DNA of 64,000 nucleotides from Protoeuglena noctilucae. Its lineage: Eukaryota. Made by a program: the position numbers and the translations under genes. This document shows, in pieces, positions 47,505 to 64,000 of this stretch. The notes under the pieces were generated by a model. That model saw only the letters and a list, made by a program, of their open reading frames with translations, was not told the origin of the DNA and ran no database searches. Each line of letters starts with the position of its first letter. The stretch's first letter is position 1. The stretch spans positions 1,240,001 through 1,304,000 of the forward strand of contig OY253671.1 of assembly GCA_958009085.1 (NCBI GenBank), written 5' to 3'.

Positions 47505-49815
47505 ATGATGGCAATTCTGAGCCCCGCGATCGGCGGCACGCAGGGCGGACGTTGCTGCCACGAGCAGCGCCTCAGCAGCCAGGTCAGCGGCTGCCAGCGG
47601 GCCCATCGACGAAGATGGCGCGGCGCTGGTGCTACGACCCCGACACACTAGCCACGGCCGCGCGAGGCGTGCCCTGGCCCGCCCTCGTCGATACAACCGC
47701 CCTGTGGGATCCCCTTTCCCGCAGCGGCGGAACGTGGTGGTGCGGGCCGTGTCGATGCCCGCCGTGAACGCGGAGCAGGTACCTAACCGCAGTGGCGCAA
47801 TCGCTCGGCGCCCTGCGCCGCGACGGCGCGCTGGCGCTCGATCGCTGGCACGTCCAACATGCTATTGCTGTAACGCTGCCAGGGATCCTCTCGATGCAGG
47901 TCATCGCCGACGAGAAGAAGTACATCCTGCAGACGTATGCCCGGCCTGATGTGAGGCACTGCTCCTGGGCGCGCGGACGCGTCAAGGCCCGCGCCCTTGT
48001 CTTTGCTCGCTAAGCTGGCAACGATGGGAGCTTTTGCGTCCGAAGGGACGCCTTGACGAGCTCTCACTCGGATTGCGTGCAGGTCGTCTTTGTGGCGGGC
48101 GAGGACGCTTACCTCATCGATGCGAACGGCAAGCGCTACCTGGACATGGCCGGCGGCATCGCAGTGAACGTGCTGGGCCACAGGTACCGTGTGCGCCTCG
48201 CAGCCGCCGCCGAGCCGCCTCACCGCCCCAGTGCCGTGCTTCACTGCCCGCCGTGCCTCACCACCTGCCTCGCTTCCCTGCAGCCATCCGGTGTGGGTCC
48301 AGGCCGTCAAGGAGCAGGCCGAGATCCTCTGTCACACGTCCAACCTCTACCACACGGTGCCTCAGACACAGCTGGCCAAGAAGCTCGTGGAGAGCTCCTT
48401 CGCGGACCGCGCCTTCTTCTGCAACTCGGGCACTGAGGTGCGTCTCGTTTCGCAGCGGACCAAGCAGGGGCAAGATAGGGCCAGACGCAGCTACCCGCAC
48501 CCCTGCACGCACCCCAACCAAGAGACGTGGTTCTCGCCGGGTACCCTCCGCAGGCGAACGAGGCGGCCATCAAGTTCTGTCGCAAGTTCGCGAAGGTGCA
48601 GGCCGGCCTGGACCCTTACAACAAGGAGACGGCGAGCCAGGCCCCGGCGCAGTTCGTCAACTTCAGCAAGTGCTTCCACGGCCGCACGATGGGCGCTCTG
48701 TCCATCACGTACAAGAGCCAGTACCGCACGCCCTTTGAGCCCGTGATGGGTCCCGCTCCCATCGAGGTGCCCTTCCTGGACCTCGAGGCGGCCGCCCGCG
48801 CCATCCAGAAGGGCAAGACGTGCGGGGTGTTCGTGGAGCCAATCCAGGGGGAGGGCGGGATCCACGCGTCCACGCGCGAGTTCCTGCAAGGCCTCCGGTG
48901 AGATGGGAGCGCGCGAATGTTTGAGCTGGGGCGCGGAGGCGCAGTGGGTGCGGCCGGGCGGGTGGGTGATGACCGCTTATCGCCTGCGCAGGAAGCTGTG
49001 CGACGAGGCGGGGGCGCTGCTCGTGTTCGACGAGGTGCAGTGCGGCCTGGGACGGAGCGGTGAGCATGGCAGCGCGGGGGACGACGCCGGTGGCCATCGC
49101 GAGCAGCCTCCCCACAACACGCTCCGCCGCCTTCTGCACCGCAGGGAAGCTGTGGGGCCACGAGCACTTCGACGTGCATCCGGACATCATGACGCTCGCC
49201 AAGCCCTTGGCCGGAGGCATGCCCATCGGGGCCGTGCTTATGAAGCAGCGTGTTGCGGACGTGATGCAGCCGGGCGACCACGGGTCCACGTTCGCCGGCG
49301 GGCCCCTCGTCACCGGTACGTGAAGCATCTATCGTTGCGCGGCCCCGGAGCGGAGCGCGGGCGGGTGACGGTCAAACCTAACCCAGCTGCTCTTCAATCC
49401 CCTTTGCAGCGGTGGCCAACAAAGTCTTTGACGTGGTGGCGGATCCCAAGTTCCCCGCGGAGGTGACAAGGGGGCTCGGTGCACGTCGCGTAGGCGCAGC
49501 GTGGCTGGACAGGGCCGTGATTTTCCGCAATCCCTGCCCCAGGTCACCCGCAAGGGCGAGCGACTGCGGGAGGGACTCCGCAAGGCGCTGGAGGGCAGTG
49601 CGCACTTCAAGGAGGTCCGCGGCATCGGCTTACTGGTCGGCGTGCAGCTGGATGTGCCGGCGGGGCCCGTGGTCACCAAGTGCCGTGAGATGGGCGTCCT
49701 GGTCATCACCGCGGGCAGCGGGGACGTGGTGCGCCTCGTACCGCCTCTGACGTTGACCGACGCCGACATCGACAAGTGCGTGGAGGTTCTGAGCGCGGCC
49801 ATCCGCGCGCTCTAG
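47505..49815 (+). CDS. argD: Acetylornithine aminotransferase (class III PLP) with transit peptide
   Basis: [97 protein letters not shown] and VVRLVPPL. Stop TAG at 49813-49815. The start is approximate. Confidence 0.96.
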
Positions 49816-50331
49816 TGCAGCACATGCGAGGCGTTGACTTGGAGTCTGCACGAATTTTTTCGCGCCGCCTTTGCGTGCCCGCCCATCCTCTTTGCACCAT
49901 CAACAGCTTTGCACCATAAACAGCGTCCCATGCCCCGCGGCTGTACCAGATCCTCCCATCGGGGCGTCAGACTCGTCGTGTTTCGACGCGATGATTGAAA
50001 AGGCCTCTCGAATTCGCCGTGAAACTTGACATTAGCGCGCCACGCCCCCCCCCACGAGGCGTGACGCGCGCAAACGTCGTGCGAGGGGTCACCGACACCC
50101 TTCCCTTTTGCCGGCGGACCCGCATCTCTGGATCTCCGAGGCTCGAATCGACGCCTTTCGCGATACGCGTCCGCGCACAAGCGGCAGATCAGCAGTTCCT
50201 CGCAGGCAAGGGGGAGTGGGGGTGCGTCTGAGGTATGCGCCTCCGCGGGCTCCTCGCGCGAGACCGGACCGCCTCCTGGCCCAGGCCAGCGCCCACGACC
50301 TCCTTGCCTCATACGTAGGGTCCATGGCACC

Positions 50332-56937
<6,606 letters not shown>

Positions 56938-57381
56938 CGTCAGGCGTGGTCATGGCTAACGCAGAGCCCCAAGCTTTGCGGGCCACTCCATCCATCTTGC
57001 CATGTTACCAGGCAATCCGCCGACCCGCAGTTGTTGTGTTTGCCTAGCCGAGGCCATTGTCTCGGCTTGTACGCATCGTCGCAGGGCAGTGCTGCCCTGT
57101 CACGCCCCGTTAGCTTTAGCACTTACGCGGACGCCGCCCTGCCCAGTTCTGTGCAAGGGCCTGACTGCGTCGGCCTCAGCACCGACGCCGTCCTCTAGTA
57201 CCGCGCGTGGTGTGTGCTGTGCCAAGGTGTCAAGCGTGAAACACGCTCGAGTTGAACAAGCGCAATGGCAGTCATGGGGTCATGGTCGCACGAATGGGAT
57301 TGCTGGTGGACAGAGAGCAGGCTAGGGAGGGACTAGTACTTGGAAAGCGTGGCTAAGCAAAAGCTATGCTATCGGCTCGCA

Positions 57382-60300
57382 TCAGTCGCTGTCCGAGTTG
57401 TCTTGAGGGAACACGATCGTGCCCATGTCGAACTCGGTCGGGCTGATGCTGTACCAGCGGTGCAGGCCCTGCCGGTTCTTGTCAATCCGCGTGCGCCCGC
57501 AAACGTCGATGCGGCCTCGGTGCGTGGCGCGGAAGCCGAAGCAGTGGTTGCCCGCCACGTCGCCGTCGCGAACGGTGACCCGGGACCCGTCGCCAGAGCA
57601 CTGCACGCCGCAGGTCCCGTTGTTGCTGCGGCACAGGAACAGAGCTGCACCTTGTAGGCGACAAGAGCCGGCTTGGGATCCAGTCCCAGCCCAGCGGACG
57701 GGGCTATTCAACGACGAGCGGCAGCCGGGCACCCGTGAGGGTGCAAGACATGCACCCGCTGTCAGGCCCCCACCTGACTGAGGTGCGCTCGACTTGTGCC
57801 CGGGATCCGCCCGCCACGTAGATCCCTCCCCCGTAGTTCATCGTCAGCGACGACTCTTCCACGTCCACCTCCGCCCCCGCCACGGCCATGACGCCCCAGT
57901 GCCCGCAGTCGCTGACCCGGCACTCGGAGAGACCCGCGCGGGCGCCCGACGCCTCGACCCGCACGCCGCAGTGCCCGGCCGTGACGTTGCAGCCCCTGAG
58001 GCGCACGCCGGCCCCGGCCTCGACCACGACCGCCGACCCGAACAGGCACCCCGTGACCCGGAGGCCCTCGATGTAGTTGCCCTTGGAGCACACGCGGAAG
58101 CCGTCGTAGCGACCGCGGCCGCGCAGGTCCCCCGCGCCGGGGCTCTTGAAGTGCACCCAGCCGTTCACGATCGACACGTGTGGGCGGCGCACGAGCAGGG
58201 GCCCGCCCGAGGTGTCGAACTCGAACTTCTGGTGGCGGAGGTCGATGCACTCGAGGCCCCGGGAGTCGAGGAGCGACTGGAAGTGCTCCTTGCTACACGT
58301 GGCAGGGACCGAGACGCGGCTGCACAGGGGCAGGCCCTCCCGGTGGCAGTGCAGGAACACGTAGGCCAGCAGGCTCCTGCAGGTGTGGAGAGAAGACGGC
58401 AAATGTTAGCAGCAGCGATGACAAGTGATGGCTTCGGTTGATGTTACCAGCCATGAGCAACCAATGGCTTCATGCCCCGCCACCCCACGCCCTCACGTCG
58501 CCACTAGCCTGTCCTCCACCACCTTGGCCAGCGCCACGAGGGTGTCGCGCTCGTCCTGGCACCTCTCAGCCGCGGCGTTCTCCTCCGCCTGCCGCTCCCG
58601 CACGAACCGCATAATGCCCATGCGCACGTCCGCCAGCTTGACCATGTGCTCCGCCACCGCCACCGCCCCCGCCGCCGACCGCCGGGACGCCACGGCCGAG
58701 GGCGCGTGGGCGTAGAGCCCCTCGGCGTCCGCGCTCTGCTGCAGCATCTCCCGGCTGCGGAACGACGTGGGCAGCCCAGCGCCGGAGGTCTTCAGCGCCG
58801 ACAGGGCCTGGAGCGCCCTCGTGCTGGTCCAAGATTGGGGGCCGCCCATGCCCCGCTCCGAGACGACCTTGCGGGCGGGGACGGCCGCGGCGCCGGGGGA
58901 CGTGGGTGTAGCGTCCATGACTCGCTGGGACAGTGCCCGGATGCGCATCGCCTGCCGCACGTTCTCCGCCGTGGCCGTGGAGGGTGCGGCTGCGGTGGTC
59001 GGGGGCGCTGTGGTGGGCATGGTGAAGTCCTCAACGGAGCTCCGGTTGCGGGTGTGCAGGATGGCGCGGCGCGAGGCGGGCGGCAGGTGCCCGCCGGACT
59101 CGGTCACTGCGATGGGCGCAGGGTGGGACATTGGCAGGGGCATTAATGTAACGACTGAGTCGGTGTGAGCAAATCAGCCACAGGGTCTGGGAGGTGCAAC
59201 GAGCCCTCACCAGCCCTGCGAGGCGTTCTCTCGTAGAGGTCTCCACGGCCTGTGGCATCAGCCAAAGGCACCCCGGACTCGACGGTGGCCAGCGCACGGC
59301 GACCCTGCACGCCGTCCGTGGCCCGCATCGCCGGCAGCGTGGACACGAGCAGCCCACGCCCTCCCTCCATGTCGCGGGCTCCCGTGGAAGCGGCCTCCAG
59401 GTGCCCGTGGCTGACGGCGCGTCGGTGGGTGGGGCGCGGGAGACGGCACTGCGTGGAGAATGGCAGCGAGGGGAGGTTCCAGAGACAAGGACCGGTAGGA
59501 CTCCCCGCCATCGCCATGTCATCGTGTGTGCAGATGAGAAACACAGCCACAGCTGGCACCTGAGCAGTCCCAGTGGCCTGGTCGTTGTCGATGGTGCGGA
59601 GAGACGACAGCAGGGCGCTCTGGACGGCGATGGAGTTGGCCGATGCGCCCGTGGCCTTCCCCAGGTGACTGCCGCTAGCGGCGGCAAGAGCAGCGGCATC
59701 GGCCCCTTCCGCCCCGTCCGTCTCCTGACTCAGCGACCGGACAAGCTCTCCCGCAGACCGGCTCCAGTTCCGGCTCAGCTTCCGCGCCCAGCTGGGCTCC
59801 GCCATCCGCGCCCTGCGAGCCGGGCACGGTGCATTGTTGGGGGCCTGATACCAGGTGCATGCTCACGGCGGGTGCAGGGACAGTCAGGCTGCGGTGGGGC
59901 TTCACAGCAGGTGCCTCGCCTGCGGATGTCCTCAAGCCACTTCGCCCGGACCCCCTCGGCGCCGCGAGTGGACTCCGCTACAGCATCGTCCCACGCCTGC
60001 GCCACGTCTGCTTCCCGGGTGCCCGCGGCCCGGGGCCTCGAGGCGTCTCCCTGGCGAGGCCCTTTGCCCGCGAGAACAGCGTGCACTGCCCTGGCGTCGC
60101 TGGTGACCCACTGCGACCCCGCCAGCTCCGGCATGCTGGTCATGGTCACGCCCATGCCCTCGCCTCTGTGGTCGGTGGCGCGGTCGAGGGACGCGTGCGA
60201 CTGGAGGGAGCGGCCTGAGGTGGCGGGAGTGGTGTTGGCCGAACGGGAGGCCGAGGAGTGGGTCTTGGGCCTGCGGGACAGGGGGCGGGGGTGCACGCGT

Positions 60301-60910
60301 AATCCAGCTTGACACGTCCCCTGTCACGGTGGTGATACGTCACGGCACCCAGTGTCTCACCTCTGCACCACCAGGGCCAGGTCCTGCGCTTCCGTCGCCT
60401 CCTTGGTATTTGCCTGAGCCTCTTTGATCGCCTCGCGGTGGCGCATCGCCGTGCGGCGCTGGAACGCGTGCGACGTCATGGCCACCAGCACCGCCTGCGG
60501 GTAACACGGACCGTCCTGCGTTTGCGTAGCTGCGGGTGTCGGTGCACTGGCCATGCACGCTTGGCCAGGCCTCTGCATGGCCCTGTCACCTCTGAGGGGT
60601 TCAGACAGAGCCCGTGCTGGAGCCCGAAGTCATCGTCGCCGCAGGGGGATGACACGCGACTGGTCTCGGCGGACCCACGCCGTCCGCTCTCCGCGCTCGT
60701 CCTGCTCCTGCGGGCCGGGGGCCGTGCAGAGCTCAGCGGGCTCGCCCCAGGTCCAGTGAAATCTTCCGCATGCCGAAGCGTCGCGCTCACCCGCGGCTGC
60801 GTGAGACGGCGCTCTTGGCTCGGTCGTCGGCGGCCGAAGGGACAGGCAGCGTGCCCCAGCGCGGGAAGAAATCCTCGTCATCCTGACCTCCGTCGGACGG
60901 CGACGGACTG
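57382..60910 (-). CDS. Protein with a long disordered/coiled N-terminal part and a C-terminal right-handed parallel beta-helix (pectin-lyase-like)
   Basis: Repeats VRLRGCNVTAGHCGVRV, LSECRVSDCGHWGVMA, VEESSLTMNYGGGIYV and VRDGDVAGNHCFGF (57382-58377). The upstream exons splice in phase (e.g. GCGAC|GTGAG...CAG|GAGCC). The 5' end is not resolved. Confidence 0.6.
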
Positions 60911-62056
60911 CGAGTTGAAGAGCGGGTGCATGGTGTGAGTTTGCCGCGGCTGGCGGGGCGCGGAGAAGCGGAGTGGGAGTCGCCACTTCGCGTGTTACGA
61001 GCGCCACGTTGAGCGCTCCCAAGAGCCGACTGTGGGATCGGCAAGGATGCCTAGAATGTGAAATTATGACATACAAAAGAGCTGCGTTGGAGTTCGTTGG
61101 CGCTGAGCCTGTCTATGGGATGCGCGAATGGGATGGGTGTGGCATGTCTGGGGCGCGCATGTTGCGTATCGGGCCACAGGAAGCAAGTCAGTGTCCGGTG
61201 AACGCACGTATCGATGGATGTTTGAGAGGCAAATGCGGTATGAGCTGCGCATCCTTCTCCCCCAGCGCACGAAAGGGCCGGCGAGCTGGCAGCGCGGGTC
61301 GGTCAATTCGGACCGCGGGGAGCGTCCATGGGGCAAGTATCCCCGCGCCAACAACAAAGAACACAGTCACCACAGATGACGGCATTCACCATCTGGATTC
61401 CCGGCGCGTGTCGGCGCCCGGGTCGCATCCCACGCCCCAAATGTCCCACGCCGAGGGGGGGACGCTGTATAAGCGGTCGATTAGGTCCATGGCTATCTCG
61501 CATCCACAACGAAGAATGGTGTGAACTGGCTGGTCTGTGGTGTCTGCTGGCTCACCCGTGATTCATATTCGCCTCCAGATGCGTGAGATGGCGCCACCTG
61601 GCTCGCGTCGATTCTCAACGAGATGCGATTCGATTGCCTCAGCACAGGCTACTTGGAATGCCTTCTTTCTGCCACAGGAGAGCGGCGTGGTTATTTGTCC
61701 ACGATTGGCGCAGCCACTGAGGCCAGCTCGTCGTGAGCTGCCAGGCCCGCGTCCCCCGCGGCCCGTCTGCGCTTGACCCAGGTCTTGCGATATACCATCA
61801 AAAATGTCTATTAAAAGCCCTTCAGCCTCCTGGGAAGCTGGAAATGGTGGCTTTCCGCAATTCTGACAGATGTGCTGCACAAAGCCGGATCGACCGTGAT
61901 CACTTCTTGCGGCGGCATGCTGTCATCGCGCTTTCACTTTGCTGGTTAACGCCAGGCGCAGGGCGCCGACGAGAGTGAGTGAAGCGTCGCATCCCTCGAC
62001 ATGTGTCGCCCGTGAGTGGCGGGTACGCCGTCCCCCTGGCGGCGGAAGGTTCGAAG

Positions 62057-64000
62057 ATGGCCGACTTCACGGCGTGGGAGGTGCAGGAAGGGGTGCGCTT
62101 CGTCTGGAATGCGTGGCCTGCATCCCGGTGAGCGACGCACTGATCCCCGGCTCGAGAGGCTGCGATTGGGCCCGCGCACGGATCGCGCGTCCGGTGCATG
62201 ACCTACTCGCCGTTTCGCTGTCCCGCGCAGGGCGGCAGCCCAGCAGCTGGCGGTCCCCCTGGGCGTCTTCGTGAGCCCGCTACGCTGCCCGGATGACATC
62301 CAGCAGGGTGCGGCGCGCTCCGCCGGCCATGCTACCGCGCTCTTCATGCGTATGCGGATCTCGCTTGCCATTGCAGACCCGGCTCTCTGCTTGCGCGGGC
62401 CCGGCAGGCCCAATGACCCGGTCTGCGTCCCCCGCAGTGGCGTACGAGCCCGTGCGCTGCCGACAATGCGGCGGGTGCCTCAACCCGTACTGTCTGGACA
62501 AGATAGACTTCAAGGCCAAGGTCTGGGTGTGCGTCTTCTGCGAGAGCCGGAATGTCTTCCCCGGGTGCGTGCACACTCGCGAGGCACTGTGGCATTCCCA
62601 CATCGCCGGGCTCGCGAGCGGCACCCTGCGCCGACACTCGCGCCCGCAGGACCTACCAGCAGATCTCCCCCGAGACGCTGCCGCCGGAGCTCTTCTCCAA
62701 CAACACCCTGATGGACTACGCGCTGGGGTCGGTCCCCTCCGGGCCCGCCGCGTACGTCTTCGTGCTGGACGGGTGCCTCTCTCGAGCCGAGATGGCGGCC
62801 ATGGTTCGAGGGGTCCAGCACGCGCTGTCCATGGTCCCCGACGGCGCGCTCATCAGCCTCCTCACCTTCAGCAGCCATGTCGTGGTGCACGAGCTCGGCC
62901 CCGGTCTGCGCCCGCGCTCCTGGTGCCTCCGGGGGGAGCCCGCGTTGGAGGCGCACGACCTTCTGGCGCTTCTGGGCCTCCGGGGCGGCTCGCGGGCATC
63001 CGCGAACGGCACCCTGACGGCCGCGGGGACGTCCGGTGAGCGCTGTTGGTGGGACCCCGGTTGCATCTCATGGCTGGCACGGCGCGTGGCTTTGCAAGGC
63101 TGTCATCGCACCGCCCGCAGCTGTGGGGAGGTTCCTGGTACCTGCGACCGAGTGCGCCAGCGCCGTCCAGGACATCCTCGGTGAGATGCGTCGCGTGGGT
63201 TGCACCCGCGAGGGGTATGCCTGGCCGATCGTGGCCGCCGTGCCGAGCCTGACATATTGCGCCTATGATCGACACCACCTCTGCAGATAGCCTTGGGGAG
63301 CTCCCGGCGCCGCCAAAGACGAAGCGTCACGAGCGCTGCACAGGGAACGCGTTAGCCACCGCTTTGGCTCTCTTGGAGGTCTCCGTGCCCCGCTCCGGTG
63401 AGCCCTTGAGTGTGCAGCGCCCCTAAGTGTCGTTGTATGTCCCCGCACAGCCGTCTCGCACAGCCCTCGCTGTGACCTGTGGCTGAGCTCTGCGGTCGTG
63501 CACCACACATGCAGGCGCCCGCATCATGCTCTTCACGGGGGGCCCGTGCACGTCCGGGCCCGGCAAGGTGGTAGGCCTGGACCTGGAAGAGACGATGCGG
63601 TCGCATATGGATTTGGAGAAGAGGAACCCCAACACGGTCCACCACCGCCTGGCCCTGACGTTCTATGAGGGGCTGGGCGCGCGGATGGTCGAGCACGGCT
63701 ACTGCCTGGACCTGTTCGCGTGCTCCCTCGACCAAGTCGGCCTCTGGTGCGTGCGCCGGGGTGACGCGTGCCGCAGGGCCCCGTTCGCGCCCTGCCCTCT
63801 GCCCCGGACGCCATGCCGCGCCCGCCCCGCCCCCGCAGCGAGATGAAGAGCTTGGTGGGGCCGACGGGCGGGCGAGTCGTGCTAGCGGATGAGTTCCAAA
63901 GCGACGCGTTTCGGGAGTCCCTGGCGCGCCTCATGGAGCTGGGGCTGCCGGTGGTGCTCGAGTCTGACGAGGGCATACCCGAGGAGGTGCCGGGGGTCGT
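62057..64000 (+). CDS. SEC23: COPII coat protein Sec23 (5' part; continues past the window)
   Basis: EGVRFVWNAWP, YEPVRCRQCGGCLNPYC...WVCVFCESRNVFP (zinc finger), LPPELF, YVFVLDGC, RCTG..LA.ALALLE, GARIMLFTGGPCTSGPGKVVG and DLFACSLDQVGL. Confidence 0.95.

Overview
This is eukaryotic nuclear DNA: very GC-rich and gene-dense, with many short (mostly about 80-300 nt) spliceosomal introns. Plant-type gene families and transit-peptide-like N-termini point to a compact green-algal (chlorophyte-like) genome. Most long ORFs in the six-frame track are GC-driven shadows, so I rebuilt gene models by hand from protein motifs and splice sites. About 21 genes are supported: archease (partial), a CPBP/Abi protease, FAB1/PIKfyve, a long coiled-coil protein with a CxSCDR end, a peroxisomal SDR-MDR fusion, an amidohydrolase-2, a triple helicase-associated (HA) repeat protein, a thioredoxin fused to a MoCo-sulfurase-like PLP domain, a LYR protein, an LRR protein, an RCC1 protein, probable MED20, purH, an S1-domain protein, an SDR, RCE1, condensin CAP-H, argD, a CHD3/PICKLE-like remodeler, a beta-helix protein and SEC23 (partial). 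Four observations stand out. (1) An ACHT-type thioredoxin (WCKSC) is fused to a MOSC-less cysteine-desulfurase/MoCo-sulfurase domain, with a possible splice switch between the fusion and a stand-alone thioredoxin. (2) An in-frame TGA sits directly before ATG ATG in a spliced leader of the coiled-coil gene. (3) GC-AG introns are unusually frequent. (4) A stand-alone HA-repeat protein looks like a transcription factor. I found no rRNA, tRNA, CRISPR array or transposon. Family calls rest on motif recognition, not database searches, and several start codons are approximate.
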